A DNA stretch of 32,000 bases from an uncultured archaeon. GTDB lineage: Archaea > Micrarchaeota > Micrarchaeia > Micrarchaeales > CABMGC01. Location: contig OY969902.1 of assembly GCA_963704435.1 (NCBI GenBank), positions 270,001 to 302,000 of the forward strand, read 5' to 3'. The notes below the pieces were generated by a model that searched no databases, was not told the origin of the DNA, and saw only the letters and a list, made by a program, of their open reading frames with translations. Positions 7,592-16,571 of this stretch are shown piece after piece. The position numbers and the translations under genes were made by a program. The first letter of the stretch is position 1. Each line of letters opens with the position of its first letter.

Positions 7592-8935
7592 GTGTTGAAG
7601 TTGACTGAATTCGGTAATATCGCTCTGAAGCCAGAGCTTGTGGAATCCTTGAAGAGGATGGGCTTCGTATCGGCCACGGAAGTGCAGGAGAAGAGCATCC
7701 CCGAGCTCCTCACGGGCAAGAACCTGCTCGTTAGGGCCAAGACTGGCACCGGCAAGACCGCTGCCTTCATGATCCCCATAATGCAGCGCATCAGCGGATC
7801 TGGGGACGTCGAGGCCCTGGTCGTAGTGCCCACGAGGGAGCTGGCGCTGCAGGTATCCGCGTTCGCCCAGCGGCTCGGCAACCTTCTGCGCATACGCACG
7901 GTCACGATTTACGGGGGCGCGTCGATAAACGTCCAGATGCAGGCGCTCCGCGCGAGGCCCAACATAGTCGTAGGCACTCCTGGGAGGCTGCTCGACCTGT
8001 ATGAGCGCGGTGCGCTTGACCTTAGCGGTGTGAGATTCCTCGTGCTCGACGAGGCCGACCTCATGCTCGACATGGGTTTCATAGTTGACGTCGAGAAGAT
8101 CATCTCGAAGACGCCGTTCGATAAGCAGACGATGCTGTTCTCGGCCACCCTCCCCAGCGAGATAACAAGGATGGCAGAGAGATATTCGAACGGAAAGATC
8201 GCCAGGATATCGATAGGTGAGGAGGAAGACCTGACCGTCAGCACGATAAGGCACATGTACGTGATGGTTCCCAACAGGCTGCGCTTCTCAGCACTGCTTG
8301 CCTACATAAAGGAGTACGCGCCCAAGAAGGCGATAATCTTCGCAAGGACGAAGTTCGAGGCGAACGCAGTGCACAGGGTGCTCGTCAGCCAGGGCCATGA
8401 CGCGATACTCATGCACGGGGGCCTGACACAGGCGGCGAGGGAGAGGTCTCTCAGCCACTTCAGGAAGGGCGCGCAGTTCATGGTCGCTACGAACGTCGCG
8501 GCAAGGGGTCTCGACATTGCCGATATAACCGACATAATAAACTTCGGGGTCCCGAAGGAGCCGAATTCGTATGTCCACAGGGTCGGAAGGTCCGCCAGGA
8601 TGGGCAAGGACGGAAGGGCGGTGACGATAGCGAGCTCGGAGCAGCGCAACGAGATAAGGGACATAGAGGACTACGCCAACATAACGATGCAGAAGATAGA
8701 GCTCAACCTTGAGCCTTTCAACAACCTTCAGCTTCCGGTGAGGGAGTCTAGGGACGGGCCTGACCAGCGTCCATTCCATGGAAGGGGCCGAGACTCGAGC
8801 AGGGGCGGAGGCAGAGGATTCGGAGGCAGGAGGGGCTTCGGCGGAAGGAACTCAGGCAGGAGGGACCGGCGCGGAGAGGGACAGGGTTTCTTCCAGTGCT
8901 ACGAGCGTCCGCGCCACACCGAGCAGCATTCCTGA
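7592..8935 (+). CDS. DEAD-box ATP-dependent RNA helicase with RGG-rich C-terminal tail
   Basis: Q motif region, ARTGTGKTAAFMIP, PTRELALQ, VLDEADLMLD, SATLP, HRVGRSARMG; tail GRGRDSSRGGGRGFGGRRGFGGRNSGRRDRRGEGQG. GTG start. Confidence 0.95.
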   Translation: MLKLTEFGNIALKPELVESLKRMGFVSATEVQEKSIPELLTGKNLLVRAKTGTGKTAAFMIPIMQRISGSGDVEALVVVPTRELALQVSAFAQRLGNLLRIRTVTIYGGASINVQMQALRARPNIVVGTPGRLLDLYERGALDLSGVRFLVLDEADLMLDMGFIVDVEKIISKTPFDKQTMLFSATLPSEITRMAERYSNGKIARISIGEEEDLTVSTIRHMYVMVPNRLRFSALLAYIKEYAPKKAIIFARTKFEANAVHRVLVSQGHDAILMHGGLTQAARERSLSHFRKGAQFMVATNVAARGLDIADITDIINFGVPKEPNSYVHRVGRSARMGKDGRAVTIASSEQRNEIRDIEDYANITMQKIELNLEPFNNLQLPVRESRDGPDQRPFHGRGRDSSRGGGRGFGGRRGFGGRNSGRRDRRGEGQGFFQCYERPRHTEQHS

Positions 8936-9087
8936 TTCTGCGCCGGGCATCGTCCGCGCAATGTTTAAATAGCTAGGGCAAGCATCAGCATTGGTGCGGT
9001 TTCATAGCGGGAGAGAAAATCGACAAGCTCGCGTGGGTCTGCCTGAAGGGAGGCAAGATACTCTGCACGAGATCTAAGGGAAAGGAC

Positions 9088-9408
9088 ATGTTCTACATGC
9101 CTGGCGGAAAGAGGGAAAAGGGAGAGACCGACGCGCAGGCGCTGGCGAGGGAGCTCAAAGAAGAGCTTACCATCGACCTCTTGCCCGATTCAATGAAGCG
9201 GGTGGGAATTTTCGAGGCCCAGGCGCACGGAAAACCTGAAGGCACGATGGTCAAGCTGCAGTGCTACAGTGGCGATTTCAAAGGCACAATCAAGCCGGCG
9301 TCGGAGATAGCGGAGGCGGCATGGCTTTCCTACTCCGACAGGGATAAAATCTCCGCCGCGGGAAAATTGCTGTTCGACTTTCTGAAACAAAGGAACCTGA
9401 TGAAATAG
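9088..9408 (+). CDS. NUDIX hydrolase (likely N-terminally extended beyond the listed Met)
   Basis: Nudix box GGKREKGETDAQALARELKEELTI; in-frame coding continues upstream (EKIDKLAWVCLKGGKILCTRSKGKDMFYMPGG). Confidence 0.88.
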   Translation: MFYMPGGKREKGETDAQALARELKEELTIDLLPDSMKRVGIFEAQAHGKPEGTMVKLQCYSGDFKGTIKPASEIAEAAWLSYSDRDKISAAGKLLFDFLKQRNLMK

Positions 9409-9421
9409 CGATTGAACATTA

Positions 9422-9495
9422 CGGGGAGTCCGCGATTTGAACGCGGGTCACCAGCGCCCGAGGCTGGTAGCCTAACCAAGCTAGCAGAACTCCCC
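9422..9495 (-). tRNA. tRNA-Pro (anticodon CGG, plus-strand 9458-9460), CCA not encoded
   Basis: Cloverleaf on minus: GGGGAGT acceptor / ACTCCCC; D-loop AGCTTGGTTA; anticodon arm CCAGC-CTCGGGC-GCTGG; T arm CCGCG-TTCAAAT-CGCGG; discriminator G. Confidence 0.93.
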
Positions 9496-9498
9496 CTC

Positions 9499-10587
9499 TC
9501 AGATAATCTTACATCCCTTCTTCGTTATAAGTATGTCGTCTTCAATCCTCGCCCCGCCCAAGCCAGGAATGTACACTCCCGGCTCGACTGCGAAGACCAT
9601 GTTCTCCTTTAGTTCTAGTTTCGCCCCGGGGGATAGGACCCCTCCTATGTCATGGACCTCTATTCCGACGGAGTGCCCCAAAGCGGTTATGAACTTGCCT
9701 TTGTATCTTCCTTTGCCGAAAGCATCGATATACGACCTTGCGATTCCATCCACCTCATCGCACTTCATCCCTGGTTTTATTCCCTCGATTGCCCTCTTTT
9801 GCGCCTCCTTGACTACATTGAGCATCTCCGCCTTTCTCGCGTAGCCCTTTCCACCCGCGCCACCGAAGATGAAGGTCCTTGTTATGTCGCTGCAGTAGTT
9901 GTTCACCCTCGCGCCCGCGTCAATCAGCACGAAATCGCCTGTCCTGAGCTTCGTCTTGTCCGGCTTGTGATGCGGCAGCGCCGCGTTCTTGCCGAAGTCC
10001 ATTATCGTGTCAAATGACGGGCCCTCCGAGCCCAGCCTCTCTGAAATGTCGTCGAACCTCATTGCGATGTCCCGTTCGGTCACTCCTGGCCTTAGGTCCC
10101 TGCGTATCTTTTCCATCGCCGTCCGGGTTATCCTCGCAGCTTCTCTGATGTTCTTCAGCTCCTCAGCATCTTTCACAATCCTTGCCTTCAGGAACGAGCT
10201 GTTCACGTCTACTATGCCCTTCGGCATGAACCTTTTCTTAAGCCACACGTACGTCTCATAGGGCACGAAGGACCCGTTTATCCCTATCCGCTTGCCCTTC
10301 AGCGCAGCCGAGAGCAGGGCCCTGACGACCTCGGCATCCTCCATCTTTATTATCCTAAGTCCGCTGAACCTCTGCTCGAACGCGGTCTCGTACTCCAGCG
10401 TGCTCACGTAAAGGGTCAGCCCCTTCCTCTCGACTATCAGGATGTCGCTCTCGAATATTCCTCCCTTGAAGCCCGTCAAGTAGGTGAAGTTCGGGTCCTT
10501 CTCCGATGAGTTCAACAGGACTATCTTGTCCACTCCCTTGCAGGAGCCGAATATCCTGTCGATTTTCTCCCTAAGCCGCTTTTCCAT
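9499..10587 (-). CDS. Xaa-Pro aminopeptidase/dipeptidase, M24 family
   Basis: MEKRLREKIDRIF...; FVLIDAGARVNNYCSDITRTF, GHSVGIEVHD, NMVFAVEPGVYIPGLGGARIEDDILIT metal-binding motifs. Confidence 0.93.
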   Translation of the reverse strand: MEKRLREKIDRIFGSCKGVDKIVLLNSSEKDPNFTYLTGFKGGIFESDILIVERKGLTLYVSTLEYETAFEQRFSGLRIIKMEDAEVVRALLSAALKGKRIGINGSFVPYETYVWLKKRFMPKGIVDVNSSFLKARIVKDAEELKNIREAARITRTAMEKIRRDLRPGVTERDIAMRFDDISERLGSEGPSFDTIMDFGKNAALPHHKPDKTKLRTGDFVLIDAGARVNNYCSDITRTFIFGGAGGKGYARKAEMLNVVKEAQKRAIEGIKPGMKCDEVDGIARSYIDAFGKGRYKGKFITALGHSVGIEVHDIGGVLSPGAKLELKENMVFAVEPGVYIPGLGGARIEDDILITKKGCKII

Positions 10588-11041
10588 CCAAAACCCTTTT
10601 TATCAGTTCAAGGATGGAACGCTCATTTAGAAAAACGTTTGTGTAGCTCCTTTGTCTCATTATGTCATCGAACGGCGCCCACTTGTAATCCGAATTCTCT
10701 ATGTTCAGCCTGACTTTCCTTGTCTTAGAACGCAGCACGTACAGGCTGTTGCTGTATCTCTCCCTCCTCCGCGACTCGAACTTCATGACGTTCTTCCGCT
10801 TGGTCAGCAGTCTTAGATTATCCCTGCAGATTCCCGTCTCCTCACGTATCTCTCTGTAGGCGGTCTCGTCGTAGCCCTCTTCGGCTCGCTTCCCTCCCGC
10901 CACGAACGTCCACGCTCCGGGGTCCGTGATGAAGGGGAAAGACCTGCGCTTGACTAGCAGCAGCCTGCCCCTGCTGACTATTATCGCGGTTATCCCGTCA
11001 TGTCTAGCCCGCCTATACTGTTTTTCTCCCGCGCGAAGCAT
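10571..11041 (-). CDS. NUDIX hydrolase
   Basis: WTFVAGGKRAEEGYDETAYREIREETGI Nudix box. Confidence 0.9.
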   Translation of the reverse strand: MLRAGEKQYRRARHDGITAIIVSRGRLLLVKRRSFPFITDPGAWTFVAGGKRAEEGYDETAYREIREETGICRDNLRLLTKRKNVMKFESRRRERYSNSLYVLRSKTRKVRLNIENSDYKWAPFDDIMRQRSYTNVFLNERSILELIKRVLDGKAA

Positions 11042-11085
11042 AGATATTTATCTCGGAAAAACCATTATAATAGACGGTCGTTGCG

Positions 11086-12300
11086 ATGTACGAAACGGGC
11101 CCGTCGATAACGCGCTCACCCTCAGTATATCTTAACATGCGTGACCCCCATCTTCTCAAGTACTACTACAAGTTCAAGACCATAGACCTGATGCAGAAGG
11201 AGAGCATCAGCGGCTCGTCGCCCCCCGACATCTTCGTAGGGCGGTTCGGCTATCCTAATGTCTACATCGGTCCCATGGTGCCTCCTGTCTACGGTGACAC
11301 CACGATACTCTCGAGCCCCGAGAGCTGGGTCGGGAAGACGATACCTGAGATCGTGGAGTACAGGTCGATGCTGGTGCGCGGGATGCAGCGCGAGAACGTC
11401 AAGGTCGCGGCCAGCAGCAAGGTGGGGGACATGCTTCAGGAGCTCGCGCTCGCGGACAGGTACACCGGCGTGGACATGTCGCTCAGGAGCAGGCCGTCGC
11501 TGAGGATGAAGCTCGACGAGAACAGCGAGCCGTTCGGCCCCAGCGCGCAGCTGAAGGACCTCGCAGTGGGGAACACGAGGGCTAACAGGGACCTGGAGAA
11601 GGCGTTCTTCGACACCGACCTAGCAGCCAAGGACGCCATGGCCGAGCTCTACTTCAAAGGCCTGCCTGTCTCGCAGCTGCAGAAGGCCCTCTCCGCGGGC
11701 ACGCTCGGGCGCAAGGGCGCGAGGAAGTTCGTCCCGACCCGGTGGAGCATAACCGCCGTGGACGACACCCTGGGCAAGCAGAGGCTCGAGAGCGTAAAGG
11801 AGTACGAGAGCATTGCCTCGCCGCTCGCGTTCGAGACGATAGGGCTCGACAACAGGTGGCTCGTGCTCATGTTCCCGGGCTCATGGAGCTACGAGCTGGT
11901 GGAGGCGTGGTACCCGAACACCACGTGGAACATGGAGAGCAAGGACATAGCCATATACTCGTCGAGCGAGTTCTTCGAGGGCAGGAAGACCTATGCTGAG
12001 ATAGGCGGCTGCTACTACGCCGCGAGGCTTGCGGTCTCGGAGCTTCTCGACAAGGTCAAGGCGCAGGCACGGGTCGTTATCCTGAGGGAGACGCATTCAG
12101 GCTACATAATGCCAGTCGGCGTGTGGAACGTCAGGGAGCATGTCAGGGCGGCCCTGCGAAACCCTCCTACGACATTCGACTCGACGCGGAGCGCGTTAGA
12201 CCACATCGCAAGCAAGATGGAGATACCGCTGAGCGCGTGGGTGAGGAACAGCACAGTGCTGAGGTACGTGCTCCACCAGAGGCTGCTCAGCGCGCAATGA
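11086..12300 (+). CDS. nreA: Nre-family archaeal DNA repair protein
   Basis: SPSVYLNMRDPHLLKYYYKF...GSSPPDIFVGRFGYPNVYIGPMVPPVYGDTTILSSPESWVGKTIPEIVEYRSMLVRGMQREN; NYIMPVGVWNVREHVR-like C-terminal core. Confidence 0.85.
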   Translation: MYETGPSITRSPSVYLNMRDPHLLKYYYKFKTIDLMQKESISGSSPPDIFVGRFGYPNVYIGPMVPPVYGDTTILSSPESWVGKTIPEIVEYRSMLVRGMQRENVKVAASSKVGDMLQELALADRYTGVDMSLRSRPSLRMKLDENSEPFGPSAQLKDLAVGNTRANRDLEKAFFDTDLAAKDAMAELYFKGLPVSQLQKALSAGTLGRKGARKFVPTRWSITAVDDTLGKQRLESVKEYESIASPLAFETIGLDNRWLVLMFPGSWSYELVEAWYPNTTWNMESKDIAIYSSSEFFEGRKTYAEIGGCYYAARLAVSELLDKVKAQARVVILRETHSGYIMPVGVWNVREHVRAALRNPPTTFDSTRSALDHIASKMEIPLSAWVRNSTVLRYVLHQRLLSAQ

Positions 12301-12395
12301 TTTCTGACGAATGTTTATTAATCATTATGCGGAATATCCCTTAGGACTCTCTATCAGGATCGATACCTATGAATGTTGCCATTGTCTCTTATCCT

Positions 12396-12419
12396 TCGGG
12401 CGCGACTTAGCCCGCCCGA
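12396..12419. other. GC hairpin TCGGGCG-N10-CGCCCGA downstream of nreA
   Basis: Perfect 7-bp inverted repeat in the intergenic region; possible transcription end or structured RNA. Confidence 0.35.
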
Positions 12420-12498
12420 GCGCATGATGACAACCTAATATGATCGCTACAAGATGATTGGAGAAGTATCTAATCCGCTGATGCTTGTTAAAGCTACT

Positions 12499-13119
12499 TT
12501 AGAGAACCTTGTCTGCGTTATCCTTTCTGGCAGCGTTCAGTTCCATACAGACTTCCTTCCTAAGTCTTTTGCTGTATTTTTTTAGGTATAGTTCAAGCTT
12601 GTCCTTGTCAATCTCCTTAGCCAAATTATCCATCGCATCGTCCCTGATGCCATGCTTGTAATACACCAGGTCAATAAGCGTCTTCTCAGGATCCGACACA
12701 GGGAGCCACATGTCATAATGCTTGACGAAACCGAATCCAAAGAACAGTTTTGGCTTCACTCGCTTCACAATATAGTTCGCTCCTATGAACTCCCTCAGGC
12801 CCTCCCTGACGCCATTTGTGGTCATCACCACAGGGTTCGTCGCCTGGGTCCAGAAGTTCCTATATGAGAGCGCGTCCTCGAGCCCGTAATAAAAAGGCCT
12901 AAACGCGAAGCCAACAATCGCGAGATCATCGTGAAAAGTGTATGTGCCCCTACTTATCCTGTGTATCTCTCCCGTCTTCATCAGGTGGTTAATGAGCAGC
13001 TTTAGGTATCTCTGGCTTATGCCCAAGCTGCCCAGTAGGACCCTCGCATCGCTGAGTGTGAATATGGGATAGTCCGCGCTGCAGAACCTCTCCCTCAGCA
13101 GGCTTACATATTTGGTCAT
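12499..13119 (-). CDS. AbiEi-like antitoxin / winged-HTH regulator
   Basis: N-terminal wHTH then NPVVMTTNGVREGLREFIGANYIVKRVKPKLFFGFGF...VSDPEKTLIDLVYYKHGIRDD, typical AbiEi layout; 4-nt overlap with upstream nucleotidyltransferase gene. Confidence 0.85.
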   Translation of the reverse strand: MTKYVSLLRERFCSADYPIFTLSDARVLLGSLGISQRYLKLLINHLMKTGEIHRISRGTYTFHDDLAIVGFAFRPFYYGLEDALSYRNFWTQATNPVVMTTNGVREGLREFIGANYIVKRVKPKLFFGFGFVKHYDMWLPVSDPEKTLIDLVYYKHGIRDDAMDNLAKEIDKDKLELYLKKYSKRLRKEVCMELNAARKDNADKVL

Positions 13120-13781
13120 TGGATCCTATCTCTTATGTATTCCACCAGGCTCGCGAACGAAGGCACGGGCCCTTCATATATGAGGTCCTTCAATCTCTCT
13201 TCCTCTTTTCGCATGCCCTTCTCCACATCTATCGCAGATACGAATGCCTTCAATTGCGGCCTTACCTCGCCAATATCTGCGAAATCTACCAAAATGCGCA
13301 GGTCATATAAGTCAGTTATCGATCTGCGGCCATTGTATGCGCTTATCTTTTCTAGTACTAAGGCTTCGGGAGGCAAGGTCAAAACCTCTCCGAAGGTGCC
13401 ATCCAGATTCTCATACTGCCTTATTACCGGATTCTTGTAATACGCCTTGTAGTTGATGTCTATCTCCGAGTATATCCCATCCATAAGTAATTCCATATAG
13501 ATGAGATTTCCCGTGTCCTTGAGCTTTATTACCTCAGCACCGTAGTCTTTCGCAGTGTCTCTTATTCTCTCCTTCAGCTCCTGCCATTTCGTCTGCGACG
13601 CCACGTAAATATCAATATCCTTCGAGAATCTTCTTCCTCCATAGCATCGCCATATGGCCGTGCCACCATGTATCTCAACTGTGCTATCCATTCCATAAAT
13701 GATTTTGACCATCACGTCTTCAAGCAAGGCGACGTCCCTGTGCGCTCGCTTTCGCAGCCTATTCATGAGCGGTATGTTCAT
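13116..13781 (-). CDS. AbiEii-like nucleotidyltransferase toxin
   Basis: VEIHGGTAIWRCYGGRRFSKDIDIYV nucleotidyltransferase motif; RSITDLYDLRILV. Confidence 0.85.
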   Translation of the reverse strand: MNIPLMNRLRKRAHRDVALLEDVMVKIIYGMDSTVEIHGGTAIWRCYGGRRFSKDIDIYVASQTKWQELKERIRDTAKDYGAEVIKLKDTGNLIYMELLMDGIYSEIDINYKAYYKNPVIRQYENLDGTFGEVLTLPPEALVLEKISAYNGRRSITDLYDLRILVDFADIGEVRPQLKAFVSAIDVEKGMRKEEERLKDLIYEGPVPSFASLVEYIRDRIQ

Positions 13782-13785
13782 TTAA

Positions 13786-13819
13786 ATAACCAAAGTTCAT
13801 ATTATAATATAACTTAGGT
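13786..13819. promoter_or_regulatory. Operator copy 1: ATAACCAAAGTTCATATTATAATATAACTTAGGT
   Basis: Direct repeat of the element at 13849-13881, immediately upstream of the minus-strand AbiEii-like start; imperfect palindrome. Confidence 0.7.
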
Positions 13820-13848
13820 AAATCAATATATATAAATCTTTTGTTTTC

Positions 13849-13881
13849 ATAACCAAAGTTATATTATACTATAACCTAGGT
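13849..13881. promoter_or_regulatory. Operator copy 2: ATAACCAAAGTTATATTATACTATAACCTAGGT
   Basis: Inner 30 nt is an imperfect palindrome (24/30 positions match its own reverse complement); near-identical to copy 1. Confidence 0.7.
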
Positions 13882-13887
13882 GATGCT

Positions 13888-16095
13888 TCAGATCACAATG
13901 ACTTTATCCTTTCCTGCGATTATATCGAAGGCTTTTGTGTCCCGCTTCTTTTCTCCAAGGATAGCTACCCTGTATTTTTTACCTGAGATGACGCCTTCTA
14001 CTAAGATAAATCCGTTGTTATCCGATTCCCCTTCAAAAATCTTTTCCCCAACATAGAACACCTCCGCCTTGGCGTGACTCTTCGATTCTCCACCCACACC
14101 AGTGAATCTTATCTTCATAGGGCTTCTTACAAGTTCTCTACATCCCACTTCGAGCGTTACTTCATCCACTTTAGCTGGGCTCTCTGTACTTTGCTGCGAA
14201 ATCTTCACGAATACGGAATCTACCATGTTCTTTCCTGTTGCCGAATTCTCAATGCGGCTCAGTGCGCATATCCTGTGCTCAAGCGTCTTGAGCCTCTCGA
14301 TTACGGCCTCCCGCTCAGTTTCATTGAAAGGCAGGTCGTCGGCTGCAAACTTGGCTACGTCCGAACTCTGCCTGAAATAGAGCTTCGTTTGGCAGAGGCG
14401 CCTTATGCTTGGCTCGATGTCAGTAACGTTGTGCGTAATGAGGATAAGTCCTACGCCCTTCTTCCGGAAATCCTGTATCCTCTGTTTCAGGTCTGCCGTT
14501 GCGGCCGACTTTTCTTCCCTTCCGAATATCAGTTGCGCCTCTTCCAAGCAGATCAGCATCCTAAGGGCGTTATCCCCCAATATGTCTAACGAATCGGAAA
14601 AACCATAAGTCTGTCCAAGTATCAGCGCATAAAAGAAGGGCTTCATCTTATTGCTTACGTTTGAAAGGTCGAATACGACACCCTTTTCAAGAATCGCGCC
14701 GAAGTCGATTCCATCTGCGAACGCAAACTCGGGCCTGTTCAACATCAGCCTCAGATTTTCCAATGACGCCTTTACGTTTTCTCCGTGTTTTGTATATTTC
14801 ACGCTCGCATTCGTCTTCGTCGAATGCTGCTCTATGATTGCTGCCTCTATCGCGTTGTATACTTCGACAGGATCTGGTGCGCGTGTGTTCCTATAGACTT
14901 TATGAAACGCTGCGAGCAGGCACTTCTCCAAGGAATCTTGATACGGCCCTGCGTTTGACGCAGATGCCAGCAGCATGGCTAAGTTCTCATAGAACCTCTC
15001 TAGGTTTATGCTCGCGTCGCATTTGAAGAAGTTTATGGGCACTTTTGAAAGGTAAGGGCTGATCACATAAGATCTATTCGTGCGACCAACCGCGTTCCAT
15101 TCCTCGGTTGGAGATATCACGATTGACTTTGAATTTCTTTCCTTCATTACCTCTTCCACAATGCGCCTAGCAGCAAAGGTCTTTCCTGTCCCAGGAACTC
15201 CAGTTACGAGAGTCCCTAAATTCAACGTTTTCTCACTTATTCCTATTTCCTGTTCGGTCTCTCTTACAGAGCCTTCGAGGTAGTTGCCTATAACTATGCC
15301 TCCGACCTGTAATCCGCTAACAGTATTTATTGTCCTAAGCATTCTTGTCCTGTCTGAGAATCCAAGCATCATTGACACGTGCTTGGCATCGTTCGGAATC
15401 GCGTCTATTCCCCTAAGTCTATCAAGTATTTCCGATAGGGGACCCCCTTCGGTTTCGAATTCATCAAGAATCAGCAGCCTGGACTTTAGGTATGCGTATA
15501 GGGGCATATCTCCATAATCTATTAGAATTGTTGTTTTGTATGCAGTGCCATTCGCAAGCATTGCCCCGTCCAGTGATTCTAGAATTCCAATGAGCGCTTT
15601 TCTTTCATCCGACTCATAATAAAGATCCCGTTGTAGTGCATCAGTCTCCGAATATGAATTTAATCGGGTACTGAGGCTTTTTGTGAGCCGTATGTCCTTC
15701 TGGCTGATTCTCTCCTCCACCTTTCCTTTCACCTCACTAATGTACTTCTTGTTTACTGGTGCAAAAGACACAAGTAGCGCGGAAGCAGCTCCCCCAAAAA
15801 TTCGATACATGACATCAAAGGTGCCTTCACTCTCGCTTGCGGGAAATGCTATGATGCACCTTTTCCTGCCAGGCCATGATAGCTCCTTTTCTGAGATAGC
15901 AAACTCTGCACCAGGCAGTGCTTTCTTGACTGTTTCTACTCCATCTTCATTCTCGGTTGCCAGGAAGGTTTCCCGCCTTTTAAGGTCGTGGTACATGGCA
16001 AACTGCGCACCGAGAAGAGACTCCACGAGTAGCTTTCTGTCCATTTCACAGGGTAGCGAGAGTATCTTCGCAATCTTAAGATTATTGTTCGTCAT
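13888..16095 (-). CDS. HerA/VirB4-like P-loop ATPase with C-terminal beta-rich domain
   Basis: Walker A GTLVTGVPGTGKTFAAR, Walker B RMLICLEEAQLIF, VGLILITHNVTDIEPSIRRLCQTKLYF; C-terminus MKIRFTGVGGESKSHAKAEVFYVGEKIFEGESDNNGFILVEGVISGKKYRVAI. Confidence 0.85.
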   Translation of the reverse strand: MTNNNLKIAKILSLPCEMDRKLLVESLLGAQFAMYHDLKRRETFLATENEDGVETVKKALPGAEFAISEKELSWPGRKRCIIAFPASESEGTFDVMYRIFGGAASALLVSFAPVNKKYISEVKGKVEERISQKDIRLTKSLSTRLNSYSETDALQRDLYYESDERKALIGILESLDGAMLANGTAYKTTILIDYGDMPLYAYLKSRLLILDEFETEGGPLSEILDRLRGIDAIPNDAKHVSMMLGFSDRTRMLRTINTVSGLQVGGIVIGNYLEGSVRETEQEIGISEKTLNLGTLVTGVPGTGKTFAARRIVEEVMKERNSKSIVISPTEEWNAVGRTNRSYVISPYLSKVPINFFKCDASINLERFYENLAMLLASASNAGPYQDSLEKCLLAAFHKVYRNTRAPDPVEVYNAIEAAIIEQHSTKTNASVKYTKHGENVKASLENLRLMLNRPEFAFADGIDFGAILEKGVVFDLSNVSNKMKPFFYALILGQTYGFSDSLDILGDNALRMLICLEEAQLIFGREEKSAATADLKQRIQDFRKKGVGLILITHNVTDIEPSIRRLCQTKLYFRQSSDVAKFAADDLPFNETEREAVIERLKTLEHRICALSRIENSATGKNMVDSVFVKISQQSTESPAKVDEVTLEVGCRELVRSPMKIRFTGVGGESKSHAKAEVFYVGEKIFEGESDNNGFILVEGVISGKKYRVAILGEKKRDTKAFDIIAGKDKVIVI

Positions 16096-16101
16096 AACAC
16101 A

Positions 16102-16386
16102 TCACCTTAAGATGAAGATGAAGACCGCGAGTATCAGCAGGTTGATTGTTGCGCATGCAACGGACCTTCCGAACCTGCCCCTTATCGCTGGTTTTTGGCT
16201 GCCCTTCGAGTGCAATATAAGAGAGGTCGCCATGGCCGCGGCCATTATGGGAAAGACGCACCACGCCATACCAAACAGCACGCACGCTATCGATATTGTC
16301 GAGGCCAGGCCTGCCGCCAAGACCAGGCGCACCAGGCGGCATTCTCCGTGCGACATACGCGCATACATTTCTTTAAATCCGGCCAT
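16102..16386 (-). CDS. Small polytopic membrane protein
   Basis: 94 aa with hydrophobic segments LVLAAGLASTISIACVLFGMAWCVFPIMAAAMATSLIL and INLLILAVFIFIL; tightly packed in operon. Confidence 0.65.
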   Translation of the reverse strand: MAGFKEMYARMSHGECRLVRLVLAAGLASTISIACVLFGMAWCVFPIMAAAMATSLILHSKGSQKPAIRGRFGRSVACATINLLILAVFIFILR

Positions 16387-16571
16387 CAGAGCACCAAATA
16401 GACTATGACTGAAACTGCAAATAGCGCCAGAAAACTCTCCGCCTGCCTCATCAGCGTCTCCTTCCTCTTTCCGAACCCCGCGTCGCTCACTATCAGACAG
16501 GAGAATAGGATGCTTGAGGCCAACCCACTGAATCCTATCGCAATTCTGACAAACTCTAGAAGGATATCCAT
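16386..16571 (-). CDS. Small two-TM membrane protein
   Basis: 61 aa with two hydrophobic segments; stop/start junction with neighbour. Confidence 0.6.
   Translation of the reverse strand: MDILLEFVRIAIGFSGLASSILFSCLIVSDAGFGKRKETLMRQAESFLALFAVSVIVYLVL

Noticed and set aside
7541-8254. 237-aa minus-strand ORF opposite the DEAD-box helicase
   Set aside because: Antisense shadow ORF in high-GC coding DNA; composition is low-quality and the plus-strand helicase is unambiguous. The same applies to 8288-8779(-), 8302-8664(-) and 7909-8274(-).
9422-9495. tRNA-Pro as the attachment site for the island
   Set aside because: No partial copy of the tRNA 3' end was found elsewhere in the window, and the genes between the tRNA and 12.3 kb look like ordinary chromosomal genes.
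9412-9612. 66-aa plus ORF near 9.4 kb
   Set aside because: Overlaps the tRNA-Pro gene on the opposite strand and the end of the M24 peptidase gene; not coding.
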